From Candidatus Methylomirabilota bacterium (GTDB lineage Bacteria > Methylomirabilota > Methylomirabilia > Rokubacteriales > CSP1-6): a DNA stretch of 64,000 nt. The stretch spans positions 63,118 to 127,117 of the forward strand of contig DATBIM010000053.1 in assembly GCA_036556905.1 (NCBI GenBank), read 5' to 3'. The notes below the pieces were generated by a model. It searched no databases. It saw only the letters and a list, made by a program, of their open reading frames with translations, and was not told the DNA's origin. The position numbers and the translations under genes are program-made. This document shows, one piece after another, positions 18,562-28,659 of this stretch; within the stretch, counting starts at the first letter, position 1, and each line of letters starts with the position of its first letter.

Positions 18562-19620
18562 TTAGGGCTGAAGGCTGGTGAGCCGGATCTCTGCCAGCAC
18601 GGCGTCGGGCACACGCAAGAACGACGCCACCACGGCGGGATCGAAGTGACTGCCGGCACAGCGGCGGATTTCCGCCTTGGCGGCCTCGAAGGAGATCGCC
18701 CGGGAGTACGGGCGGTCGAACGTCATCGCGTCGAAGGCGTCGACCACCATGAAGATGCGGGCCCCCAGGGGGATGGCCGCGCCCTTGAGCCCCTGTGGAT
18801 ACCCGGTGCCGTCCCAGCGCTCGTGGTGGCAGTACACGATGGGGACCGCGCCCTTGAGAAACGGGATGTTCTCGATGAGGCGTTTGCCGATCTCGGGATG
18901 CCGGCGCATGATCGCCCACTCCTCGGAGCTCAGCGAGCCGGGCTTGAGGAGGATGTTGTCGGGGATGCCGATCTTGCCGATGTCGTGCAGGAGCACCCCG
19001 TGGGCCAGATCGACGAGCTCCTCCTCCATCAGCCCGTGCATCCGCGCGGTCGCCAGCGCGTACCCGTGCACCCGCCGCGAGTGCGCCTCGGTGCCGACGT
19101 CACGGGAGTCCAGCGCCGCCCCCAGCGTTTCCAGCGTCGCCCGGTAGGTCTCCTGGAGCTGCCGATAGGCCAATTGGAGGCTGCGGGTGGCCTCCTCCAC
19201 GCGGTGCTCGAGCCGCGTCTGGTACTCGCGACGCTCGACGAGCAGCTGGCGGCGCTCCAGCGCCCGCTCGGCGGCGATGAGCAGCTCGTCCACGTTGACC
19301 GGCTTCATGATGAAGTCGTCGGCGCCCAGGCGGAGGCTGTCGATGGCGGTCTTCACGTCGGGGGCGCCGGTCAGGACCACGACAGCCGCGTCGGCATCCA
19401 GCTCGCGGATCGCGCTGAGCAGGGCGATGCCGTCGAGCCCGGGCATCCGTAGATCCGTCACCGTGAGGGGCGGCCGCGAGACCCGGAAGATGGCCGCGCC
19501 CTCGTGGCCATTACTGGCCGGCAGGCAGTCATACCCGGCCGACAGGAAGATCTGCTGGAGCATCTCACGCACGTGGGCGTCGTCGTCTACGACGAGGACC
19601 TGGGTCCGCTCGGCGCTCAG
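18562..19620 (-). CDS. response regulator with HD-GYP c-di-GMP phosphodiesterase domain
   Basis: REC domain (phospho-acceptor in LTVTDLRMPGLDG) plus HD-GYP (HSRRVH, LLHDIGKIGIP, HHERWDGTGYPQGL). The first canonical start is GTG at 19572, but the beta1 strand and acidic pocket (TQVLVVDDD) are encoded in frame upstream of it. I extend the call to CTG at 19620, which overlaps the upstream TGA. Confidence 0.85.
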   Translation of the reverse strand: MSAERTQVLVVDDDAHVREMLQQIFLSAGYDCLPASNGHEGAAIFRVSRPPLTVTDLRMPGLDGIALLSAIRELDADAAVVVLTGAPDVKTAIDSLRLGADDFIMKPVNVDELLIAAERALERRQLLVERREYQTRLEHRVEEATRSLQLAYRQLQETYRATLETLGAALDSRDVGTEAHSRRVHGYALATARMHGLMEEELVDLAHGVLLHDIGKIGIPDNILLKPGSLSSEEWAIMRRHPEIGKRLIENIPFLKGAVPIVYCHHERWDGTGYPQGLKGAAIPLGARIFMVVDAFDAMTFDRPYSRAISFEAAKAEIRRCAGSHFDPAVVASFLRVPDAVLAEIRLTSLQP

Positions 19621-20573
19621 AGGATCTTCTCCGGCGAATCCGTCGTCGCCACTTGATTCTTTCCTCCCCGCTTGGCCGAGTAGAGCGCCTCGTCGGCGGC
19701 TCGCACCAGCTCCTCGGCGGTGGCCGCGTCGTCGTCGGGCAGGCTGGCCAGCCCGAAACTGGCCGTGATGGGCTTGCCGTGGCTGAAGGGGTGGGTGGAG
19801 ATCACCTGGCGGATGCGGTCGGCGTAGAGACGAGCGCCGGCCCGCGACGTCTCCACGAGGAGGACGACGAACTCGTCGCCCCCGTAGCGGGCCACCACGT
19901 TGATGCCGCGGGAATGCTTGACGAGGATCTGGGCCACGTCGCGCAGGGACTCATCGCCCACCGCGTGCCCGAGCTCGTCGTTGACGGCCTTGAAGCCGTC
20001 CAGGTCCATCAGGACCACCGACACCGGATGGTTGAATCGCCGGTGCCGCTGCATCTCCTCCTCCAGGCGGATAGAGAAGAACCGGCGATTGTAGAGACCG
20101 GTCACCTCGTCCTTGAAGGACGTCTCCTTGAGGCGGGTGTTGGTATTCTCCAGCTCCTTGTAGGCGGCGTCGAGGCGAGAGGCGAAGCTGTTGATCTCGG
20201 CGGCCTGCTGCTCGATCGTCTCCAGCATCCGGCCGATGGTGTGCATGAGCGTGCCGGCCTCATCACGGCGCTGGACCAGATCGCCCAGGCGTTCCTCCTC
20301 CCCGAGCATTCGGGCCAGGCGCGCCACGGTGCGGCCCATGTCCCACAGCATGTAGCCGCCGGCGAAGATGGCCAACACGGTGAAGAGGAAGAGCCCCAGG
20401 AGCCCGAAGAAGCCGGCGCTGTCGAGCGGGCTCAGGTGGGGAAGCACGAAGCGGTGGGTGACGTAGCCGAGCACCAGCAGCGGGATGACCGCGGAGAGGC
20501 CGAGGGCGAGAAAGACCCTGTGACTGAGCCGCTGGCCTGCTTCCGTCACGCTGGATGCGGGTTTAGACGGCAT
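19617..20573 (-). CDS. membrane-anchored diguanylate cyclase (GGDEF)
   Basis: ATG at 20573. Two TM segments, a coiled coil, then the GGDEF domain (RYGGDEFVVLL, with an RxxD I-site-like region upstream). Confidence 0.9.
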   Translation of the reverse strand: MPSKPASSVTEAGQRLSHRVFLALGLSAVIPLLVLGYVTHRFVLPHLSPLDSAGFFGLLGLFLFTVLAIFAGGYMLWDMGRTVARLARMLGEEERLGDLVQRRDEAGTLMHTIGRMLETIEQQAAEINSFASRLDAAYKELENTNTRLKETSFKDEVTGLYNRRFFSIRLEEEMQRHRRFNHPVSVVLMDLDGFKAVNDELGHAVGDESLRDVAQILVKHSRGINVVARYGGDEFVVLLVETSRAGARLYADRIRQVISTHPFSHGKPITASFGLASLPDDDAATAEELVRAADEALYSAKRGGKNQVATTDSPEKIL

Positions 20574-20714
20574 ATCGGCATTATTTCGGGAGCCGCCGCA
20601 CCGTGTCAACGTCCCCGGCTCGGGGAGCCCAACCCCCCGGAAAGACTCGACAAGGCCCCCGGCGCCCTCCGGTTGCGCCGGGCCACGGGTCAGTGTCAGA
20701 ATCGCCTTCGAACG

Positions 20715-20951
20715 ATGCTCGTCACCCCTGACAAGAAGCTCGACTGCATCGGGCTGTTCTGTCCGATGCCCGTGCTCAAGGTTCGCGAGGCGGTCACGGC
20801 CATGGCCGTGGGCCAGGTGCTCGAGATGCTCGCCGATGACCCCGCCTCCGAGGCGGACCTCAAGAGCTGGTCCGCCCGCACGGGTCACCAGCTCATGGCG
20901 GTGGACAAAGATGGGCCCGTCTTCCGCTTTCTCGTCCGAAAGACCAGGTAG
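20715..20951 (+). CDS. tusA: sulfurtransferase TusA family protein
   Basis: 78 aa. The active-site motif LDCIGLFCPMPVLK (CPxP) is present. Confidence 0.85.
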   Translation: MLVTPDKKLDCIGLFCPMPVLKVREAVTAMAVGQVLEMLADDPASEADLKSWSARTGHQLMAVDKDGPVFRFLVRKTR

Positions 20952-22110
20952 CGGCGGCGCCGTCACTCGGGTCTACCTGGACTACGGCGGCTTCACGCCC
21001 GTCGATCCGCGAGTGGTTGCCGTCATGCGGCCCTTCCTGGAAGGGGGGGCCGGCAATCCGGCGGCGCCGCATTCGCTGGGCCTGGAGGCGCGGGCCTCGT
21101 TGGACGGCGCCCGGGCCAAGCTGGCCCGCCTCTTCGGTGGCGCGTCGGCCGGTGTGATCTTCACCGCCAGCGCCACCGAGGCGAACAATCTGGCCGTCAA
21201 GGGCATCGCCCAGCGTGGGCCGGCGCGGCACGTCGTCACCTCGGCCGTCGAGCACGTCTCCGTCCTGAACTGCTGCCGGGATCTCGAGAAGCACGGCTAC
21301 CCCGTGACCTACGTCGGCGTGGACGCCGAGGGTCGGGTCGACCCCGCTGCCGTCGACCGGGCCCTGCGGCCCGAAACGGCGCTGGTCTCGATCATGGCCG
21401 CCAACGGAGAGATCGGCGCCGTGCAGCCGTTGCGCGAGATCGGCCGGCTTACGCGGAACCGCGGCGTGCCTTTTCATGTCGACGCCGTTCACGCGGCCGG
21501 CCGGCTGCCGCTTTCCGTCGAGGAGTGTGGCATCGACCTGCTCACGCTCTCCTCCAACGATCTCTACGGGCCACCGGGCGCCGGCGCGCTGTGGGTACGG
21601 CCGGAGGTGAAGCTGACCCCGCTCATCCTCGGCGGCGGCCAGGAGCGGGGCTACCGCGCGGGGACGGAGAACCTGCCGGCCATCGTGGGCATGGGCGTGG
21701 CCGCCGAGCTGGCCCGGATCGAGCGCGCCGGTGAGGCGGGCCGGCTGGCCGGCTTGCGCGACCGCCTCCTCGAGGGTCTGCTGAACCGCGTGGCGGGCGC
21801 TCGCCTCACCGGACCACGCGGCCAGGCGCGCCTGCCCCACCACGCCAGCATCGTCGTCACCGGTGTCAAGGCCGAGGCGTTGCTCCTCGAGCTCGATCTC
21901 CGCGGAGTGGCGGTCTCCTCGGGCTCGGCCTGCACGACGATGACCGGCGAGCCCTCTCACGTGCTGCGGGCCATTGGCTGCGACCGCGAGGCCGCCGAAG
22001 GCTCGCTCTGCTTCACGCTGGGGCGGTGGACCACGGCGGCCGAGGTCGACTTCACGGTGGACATCCTGCCGGGCATCGTCGAGCGCCTGCGTCTTCTGGC
22101 CCCCGGATAG
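20911..22110 (+). CDS. cysteine desulfurase-like protein (IscS/NifS family) lacking the PLP-binding lysine
   Basis: VYLDYGGFTP, SAVEH, FHVDAVH, RAGTENLP and catalytic-loop SSGSACTT are conserved. The SxHK motif reads SSND (21550..21561). The only canonical in-frame start is ATG at 20911, which overlaps tusA by 41 nt. Confidence 0.85.
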   Translation: MGPSSAFSSERPGSGGAVTRVYLDYGGFTPVDPRVVAVMRPFLEGGAGNPAAPHSLGLEARASLDGARAKLARLFGGASAGVIFTASATEANNLAVKGIAQRGPARHVVTSAVEHVSVLNCCRDLEKHGYPVTYVGVDAEGRVDPAAVDRALRPETALVSIMAANGEIGAVQPLREIGRLTRNRGVPFHVDAVHAAGRLPLSVEECGIDLLTLSSNDLYGPPGAGALWVRPEVKLTPLILGGGQERGYRAGTENLPAIVGMGVAAELARIERAGEAGRLAGLRDRLLEGLLNRVAGARLTGPRGQARLPHHASIVVTGVKAEALLLELDLRGVAVSSGSACTTMTGEPSHVLRAIGCDREAAEGSLCFTLGRWTTAAEVDFTVDILPGIVERLRLLAPG

Positions 22111-22112
22111 CG

Positions 22113-22304
22113 ATGCCCCTGCAGCGCTCGCGCCGCCACCGCATGATTGCCGGCGTGTGCGGAGGCCTGGCCGAATGGCTCGGCTGGGATCCCACGGTTG
22201 TGCGGGTCCTCTACGTGCTGGTCTCGGTGCTCTCGGCGGCCTTCCCGGGCATCCTCGTGTACCTGCTGCTCTGGATCGTCATGCCCCGGGCCCCCGCGAC
22301 GTGA
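22113..22304 (+). CDS. PspC domain-containing membrane protein
   Basis: RSRRHRMIAGVCGGLAEWLGWDPTVVRVLYVL plus one TM segment. Confidence 0.8.
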   Translation: MPLQRSRRHRMIAGVCGGLAEWLGWDPTVVRVLYVLVSVLSAAFPGILVYLLLWIVMPRAPAT

Positions 22305-22990
22305 GACTGCTGTTGTTCGATGTGGACGGCACGCTGATCACCGCCAGGGGCGCGGGCCGTGAGGCCCTGGGCCGGGCGCTCCGGGCGGTGTACGGTACCG
22401 CTGGCTCCATCGACGGCTACGACTTCCGGGGCAAGACGGATCCTCAGATCGTGCACGATCTCATGCGGGGCGCCGGGCTCGAGGAGCACATCGTGCGCGC
22501 GGGCCTGCTCCGCGTGTTCGATGCGTACGTCACCGAGCTGGAGGCGCTCGTCCTGAACGGGGCGCGCGTGCAGCTCCTGCCGGGCGTGGGCGATGTCGTG
22601 CGGGAGCTGGGCCGCCAGCCCGACACCCTCGTGGGGCTGCTCACGGGCAACATCGAGCGGGGCGCCCAGACCAAGCTGCGCCCGACCGGGCTGCTGCCCT
22701 TCTTCCGTCTGGGGGCCTATGGCTCCGACGACGCGGATCGCCGCCGGCTGCCCGCCGTCGCCTGCGCGAGAGCCGAGACGCTCACGGGGCGGACGATCAC
22801 CTTCGATCGCGTGACGATCATCGGCGACACCCCGCTCGACGTGGAGTGTGCCCGGGCCTGTGGCGGGCGTGCCGTGGCCGTGGCCACCGGTCAGCATCCT
22901 GCCGAGGAGCTGGCGGCGTGCGGTCCCGATCTCCTGTTCCCGGACTTCACCGACGTGGCGGCCGTGCTCCGCGCGCTCGGCGGCCCATGA
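22301..22990 (+). CDS. HAD family hydrolase (phosphoglycolate phosphatase-like)
   Basis: Motif I LLFDVDGTL, motif II LLTGN, motif IV IGDTPLD. GTGA overlaps the upstream stop. Confidence 0.85.
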   Translation: MRLLLFDVDGTLITARGAGREALGRALRAVYGTAGSIDGYDFRGKTDPQIVHDLMRGAGLEEHIVRAGLLRVFDAYVTELEALVLNGARVQLLPGVGDVVRELGRQPDTLVGLLTGNIERGAQTKLRPTGLLPFFRLGAYGSDDADRRRLPAVACARAETLTGRTITFDRVTIIGDTPLDVECARACGGRAVAVATGQHPAEELAACGPDLLFPDFTDVAAVLRALGGP

Positions 22991-23436
22991 CTGTTGTGGC
23001 CGTCTGGCTGCACGTGCTGGGGGTGGTGGTCTGGATGGGTGGGCTCGTGTACCAGGCCCATGCGCTGGCGCCGATGGCGCGTCGTGAGGGCGCGGCGAGC
23101 TTCGCCGCGGCCGCGGCCCGTGGCCGTCCGGCGGCTTGGGCGGCCCTGGGATTGACTGTGCTGACAGGACTTTACAATGTCACGCGTTTGGGGCCACTCG
23201 AACGGGTGATGGAGAGCGGGGCGGCACTGGTCCTGGCCGGCAAGTTCGGACTCGTGCTCGTCATCGTCCTGCTCGCCGGGCAACGTGACTTCGCGCACCT
23301 GCCCCGGTTGCGCCGGGCCCTCGCGGCGGGCAGTGATCCGGGGCCGGCGCTGACGGCCATCAGCTGGCTCGACCGGATCGCCATCCTGCTTGGCGTGATC
23401 GTGATCTACCTGGGGTTGGCGATCTCCCGAAGCTGA
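22987..23436 (+). CDS. CopD-like membrane protein
   Basis: 149 aa with 4 TM segments. The pattern WLHVLGVVVWMGGL...NVTRL is as in CopD-domain proteins. ATGA overlap. Confidence 0.65.
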   Translation: MTVVAVWLHVLGVVVWMGGLVYQAHALAPMARREGAASFAAAAARGRPAAWAALGLTVLTGLYNVTRLGPLERVMESGAALVLAGKFGLVLVIVLLAGQRDFAHLPRLRRALAAGSDPGPALTAISWLDRIAILLGVIVIYLGLAISRS

Positions 23437-23439
23437 TCC

Positions 23440-24084
23440 TCAGAGTCCGGTGATCCGGATTCCGGCGCTCTTTTTCTTATAGCGGCGGTTGATCGTCGCC
23501 AGCAGGGCGGTGATCCCCTCCAGCGGTCCGGCATTCGAGAGCGGCCCGGCGTCGAGCCCCCGCAAGCCCATCGACACGCCCAGGTCCGCCACGGCCTGCT
23601 TGGCGGCGGCGTCGTCGCCGCAGATCAGCAGGTCGCAATCGATCGGTTGCTCGAGATCAGCCAGCTCGTGGGCGGCGATGTGCTGGAAGGCGGCCACCAC
23701 GCGGGCCCCCGGGAGCAGGGCGCTGACCTCTTCGGCCGAGGAGCCCGCGGTGGGCGGGGCGAAGAGGCGAGGCCCTTTGAAGGCCAGGGCCACGACGGTG
23801 CTGACCACGATCTTCCCGTGGCAGGCGTCCGCCAGCGGTGGCAGCGTGGCGGCCAGCCCGTCGGCGGGCAGCGCGACCACCACGAGCCCGCCCAGCGCGG
23901 CAGCCTCGGCGTTGGTGTGGCCGACGATGGGCAGCTTGTGCGTGAACTCGCGGAGCTCGAGCGCCTTGGCCTTCGCCCGCTCGGCGTCGCGTGAGCCGAT
24001 GATGATGCCGTGGCCAGCCAGCGCCCACCGGGCCGCCAGCCCCGCCCCTTCCTTGCCGGTCCCCCCGAGGATGGCGATGTTCAC
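23440..24084 (-). CDS. npdG: NADPH-dependent F420 reductase
   Basis: VNIAILGGTGKEGAGLA Rossmann start. About 214 aa. C-terminal ...LLATINRRYKK. It heads into the cof operon. Confidence 0.8.
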   Translation of the reverse strand: MNIAILGGTGKEGAGLAARWALAGHGIIIGSRDAERAKAKALELREFTHKLPIVGHTNAEAAALGGLVVVALPADGLAATLPPLADACHGKIVVSTVVALAFKGPRLFAPPTAGSSAEEVSALLPGARVVAAFQHIAAHELADLEQPIDCDLLICGDDAAAKQAVADLGVSMGLRGLDAGPLSNAGPLEGITALLATINRRYKKKSAGIRITGL

Positions 24085-24086
24085 GG

Positions 24087-24836
24087 TCAGCGGAAGAGGT
24101 CCCGGGCGGGATCGCGCAGCAGGGGCTTGGAGCCTTCCTCGCTGGACGCCACGGTCAGACCGCGCACGATGGCGACGGGAACACGGTCCAGCTTGCCCAT
24201 GACCAGCTCGGCCGCGCCAGCGATCTCGTCGGCCACGGCCAGGATCGTCGCCTGCAGCTCGCGTCCCGCCTCGTCTCGGCATCCCAGGTAGCTTCGCAGC
24301 GGAGCCATCCCGCTCACGCCGATGGCCACGTTGGTGAGCCCCTCGCGCCAGGGCCGGCCGAAGGTGTCGGCGACGATGACGCCCACGTCCACGGCGGCCC
24401 GCTCGCGAATGGCCTCGCGCAGGCGACGGGCCGAGCGGTCCGGGTCTTCGGGGAGCAGGGCCACGCAGTCACGTTCCACGTTGGACTGGTCCACCCCCGC
24501 GTTGGCGCACACCCAGCCGTGATGCGTCTCCGCGATGAGCACGCCGCGGTCCATCCGCACGATGCGGCGCGACTCGCGGAAGATGACCTCCACGAGGCGC
24601 GGATCGCGGCCGAGCTGGGCGGCCATCGTGGTGGCGGCCGGCGAGGGATGGACGTCGGCCAGCGCCACCAGACGGCCTTCCGCCTTGGACACGACCTTCT
24701 GGCCGACCACGATCAGGTCTCCCCCCCGCAGCGGCGTGCCCTGATGATCGGCGCACTCCACGATGAGCCGACTGAGATCGTCGCCGGGACGAACTTCCGG
24801 GATGCCGGTGACGCCGAGGACTTCGTACCGGATCAC
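24087..24836 (-). CDS. cofE: coenzyme F420-0:L-glutamate ligase
   Basis: PEVRPGDDL...GDLIVVGQKVVSKAEGR...ANAGVDQSN...IVADTFGRPWREG. No C-terminal nitroreductase-like (FbiB) domain. Confidence 0.9.
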   Translation of the reverse strand: MIRYEVLGVTGIPEVRPGDDLSRLIVECADHQGTPLRGGDLIVVGQKVVSKAEGRLVALADVHPSPAATTMAAQLGRDPRLVEVIFRESRRIVRMDRGVLIAETHHGWVCANAGVDQSNVERDCVALLPEDPDRSARRLREAIRERAAVDVGVIVADTFGRPWREGLTNVAIGVSGMAPLRSYLGCRDEAGRELQATILAVADEIAGAAELVMGKLDRVPVAIVRGLTVASSEEGSKPLLRDPARDLFR

Positions 24837-24839
24837 GGG

Positions 24840-25514
24840 TCAGCCCGAGGGCGCCATGACGGCCGCGCGCAGACGCGCATCCAGCCGCCAGCCGGCAACG
24901 AGACGGCCACTCTCGGTTCCGGCGCCTTCGGCGAGCAGGCACCGGAGATCATCGCGGTTATCCACGTCGAGCCCGAGCCCCCGCAGATGCAGGACGCGGG
25001 GCGCCAGCCCGTGCTGGCGGGCGACGTTCAGATGGTTGTCGAACGAGGGCTCACCGAAGACGAGTGGCATGACGTCGGGCGGAATCAGGGCCGCGCCGTT
25101 CGTGCCCCGTCCGGAGCGGGACGGCGTGAACACCACGGTGGGGGCGACCGACTCGGCCGCCTGGACGAGGAGGGCCAGCTCGCTGCTGGTGGTGCAGGGG
25201 ACGTCACCGGGCACAGTGAGGAAAAGCCTGGCGCGGCCACGCGCCGCCTGGGCCTGGGCCAGGGCCACCGCGGCGGTGTGTCCATGGCTCGCCGGCTCGC
25301 CGAGAACTTCGGCACCGGCCCGCCGGGCGATGGCGCTGACCTCGGCGTCTCGGGTGACGACCCAGATCGCGTCGAGGCCGACGCCGGCCAGAGCGCCAAG
25401 CACGTCGGTCAGCATCGCTCGGGCCAGCTCCACACGTTCGGCGGGTGTCAGCACCGTGATCAGGCGCTGCTTGGCGGCGGCGAGATCTTTGACGGGCACC
25501 GCGGCCACCCTCAT
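24840..25514 (-). CDS. cofC: 2-phospho-L-lactate (or related) guanylyltransferase
   Basis: MRVAAVPVKDLAAAKQRL...ML.DVL... and the PGDVP motif. ATGA coupling with cofD. Confidence 0.85.
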   Translation of the reverse strand: MRVAAVPVKDLAAAKQRLITVLTPAERVELARAMLTDVLGALAGVGLDAIWVVTRDAEVSAIARRAGAEVLGEPASHGHTAAVALAQAQAARGRARLFLTVPGDVPCTTSSELALLVQAAESVAPTVVFTPSRSGRGTNGAALIPPDVMPLVFGEPSFDNHLNVARQHGLAPRVLHLRGLGLDVDNRDDLRCLLAEGAGTESGRLVAGWRLDARLRAAVMAPSG

Positions 25515-26458
25515 ACCCCGGGGGCCTCCAGCACCCGGCGAGCCAGCGCCACTTCACGCTCGTGATCAGGCATCAGGATCTCGGTGAGGACCGGGGTGAC
25601 ACCCTGCGCGAGGAGGCCGGGGACGCAGGCCCGGTCGCCGGAATCGATCAGCAGCACGCCCAGCCAGGGCGCGTAGGCCTGGGCCACGCCCACCGGCGAC
25701 ACCGGCATGCCCCGCACGCGCATCAACTGAGCGGCCGGCCCACTCACCGCAGTGCCGCTGACGATCGGGCTCACGCCCACGATCGGCGCCCGGGCCGCCG
25801 TCAGCGCCGCCGGTATCCCGGGGACCGCGAGCACCGGGCCGATCGACGTCACCGGGTTCGATGGACAGATCACGATCAGCTCCGCCTCGGCGATCGCCTC
25901 CACGACGCCAGGTGCCGGCCGGGCCCGGGGCGCCCCCGCGTAGGCGACCTCGAGAACCTCTACGAGCGCTTTCTCACGCACGAAGTATTCCTGAAACGTG
26001 AGCCAGTCGTCTCCGGCGGCCGTGGCCCCCGCGACCCGGATTCGCGTCCGCACGGGATCGTCGCTCATGGGCAGGACGCGGGCGTCGACGCCGAGGCTCC
26101 GGGCGATGTCGGCGGTCACTATCGAGAGTGGCGCCCCCGCCCCCAGCGCCGCGGTCCGGGCGAGATGGGTGGCCAGATCCCGGTCGCCGAGATTGAACCA
26201 CGTCTCGGCTCCCAGCTCGGCCATGGCGCCCAGGCAGCGGAACGTGTCGCCGGCCAGCCCCCACCCGCGCGCCGTGTCGAGCCGTCCGGCCAGAGCGTAC
26301 GTGATGGTATCCAGGTCCGGTGAGACGTACAGGCCCCAGATCTCGGCGTCGTCGCCGGTGTTGCCGATCACCGTCAGATCGCGCGGCGCCAGGCACGCGG
26401 CCAGCCCGCGCAGGAGCTTGACCGCGCCGGTGCCACCGGCGATCGCCGTCACCTTCAC
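25511..26458 (-). CDS. cofD: 2-phospho-L-lactate transferase
   Basis: MKVTAIAGGTGAVKLLRGL...VIGNTGDD.EIWGLYVSPDLDT..Y.LAG. Confidence 0.9.
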   Translation of the reverse strand: MKVTAIAGGTGAVKLLRGLAACLAPRDLTVIGNTGDDAEIWGLYVSPDLDTITYALAGRLDTARGWGLAGDTFRCLGAMAELGAETWFNLGDRDLATHLARTAALGAGAPLSIVTADIARSLGVDARVLPMSDDPVRTRIRVAGATAAGDDWLTFQEYFVREKALVEVLEVAYAGAPRARPAPGVVEAIAEAELIVICPSNPVTSIGPVLAVPGIPAALTAARAPIVGVSPIVSGTAVSGPAAQLMRVRGMPVSPVGVAQAYAPWLGVLLIDSGDRACVPGLLAQGVTPVLTEILMPDHEREVALARRVLEAPGV

Positions 26459-26462
26459 CGGG

Positions 26463-27050
26463 TCACTCGCGGGGCGGCTCGCGCAGGGTCCAGAGCGCGC
26501 TGCCCCCGCGCCAGGCGTAGAGTCCTACCCCGGCCCGACCCGCGAGCGCAACCGGCAGCGTGCTCTCCGGCACAGGAATGAAGCCGAAGCGGATCCACAC
26601 GCGGTCCAGGCCCTGAGGGCGGGCGAAGATCACGTCGGCACCGAGCGCGCTACCGTGATCGAGGGCGGCCGTCACCAGCTGGGCCGCGATTTCCAGGGGC
26701 TCCTCCCCGGCGACGACGACGGGGCCGTGGAGGAACATCGCGCGTCCCTCGCACTCGGCAAGTATCGCGCCGACCAGGCGCTCGCCCTCCGCGGACGGGG
26801 CCGCGAACGCGCCCCAGGCCAGGGCCAGACGGGCCGGCTCGGGCCACGGGAGCGCGGCAAAGTCGAACAGCGGGCGCGCGGCCGCGCTATCCGACAGAGG
26901 GCGATAGCCGACCCCCTGCCAGACGCGGGGGACGGTTGCGTGAGCCAGTGATGGGGTCGGCGCCAGCGCGACCCCCGGAGCTCGAGCCGGTTCCGCTGTC
27001 GGCGCCGACCCGTTGCCGGGACGGCGCCGTCGCGGGCTACTTCTTCCCAA
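26463..27050 (-). CDS. GNAT-like acetyltransferase (hypothetical)
   Basis: The C-terminal 130 aa have a GNAT-like beta4-alpha3 region (MFLHGPVVVAGEEPLEIAAQLVTAALDHGSALGA) and end F.RFGF. TTG at 27050 is the only canonical start, and it overlaps the hup stop by 14 nt. Confidence 0.55.
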   Translation of the reverse strand: MGRSSPRRRRPGNGSAPTAEPARAPGVALAPTPSLAHATVPRVWQGVGYRPLSDSAAARPLFDFAALPWPEPARLALAWGAFAAPSAEGERLVGAILAECEGRAMFLHGPVVVAGEEPLEIAAQLVTAALDHGSALGADVIFARPQGLDRVWIRFGFIPVPESTLPVALAGRAGVGLYAWRGGSALWTLREPPRE

Positions 27051-27324
27051 GCACGGAGTCCTTCAGGCTCTTGGTCAGCCGGAACTTGCAGACGCGCTTG
27101 GCCGGGATCTTGATGGGCTCGCCGGTCTGGGGATTGCGTCCCATGCGCGCCTTGCGGTTGGAGAGAACGAGCTTCCCGAAGCCCGGGAGAACGAAGCCGT
27201 TCTTGGCCTCCTTGCACGCGAGCGTGACCAGCTCGTCGAAGAGTTCACCGACCTGCTTCTTCGAGAGGTTGCTCTTCTGCGCGAGGTGGGACATGGTCGC
27301 CGACTTCGTCATCATCTTCGCCAC
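27037..27324 (-). CDS. hup: HU family DNA-binding protein
   Basis: LSKKQVGELFDELVTL...GFGKLVLSNRKARMGRNPQTGEPIKIPAKRVCKFRLTKSLKD (HU arm and signature). The gene has noticeably lower GC. Confidence 0.9.
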   Translation of the reverse strand: MAKMMTKSATMSHLAQKSNLSKKQVGELFDELVTLACKEAKNGFVLPGFGKLVLSNRKARMGRNPQTGEPIKIPAKRVCKFRLTKSLKDSVLGKK

Positions 27325-27393
27325 GGGCGGCCTCCTGTTCGTCGGGTGAAAGTGAGAGTGACGTGAATTAATACCACAGGCCGCGAACTCCGG

Positions 27394-28636
<1,243 letters not shown>

Positions 28637-28659
<23 letters not shown>

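Noticed and set aside
25511-26458. Whether this CofD could be the missing 'CofD-like' component of the GAK-type system.
   Set aside because: It sits inside the cofE-cofC-cofD operon 32 kb away and has the canonical LPPG:FO transferase N-terminus. It is most simply the genuine F420 enzyme.
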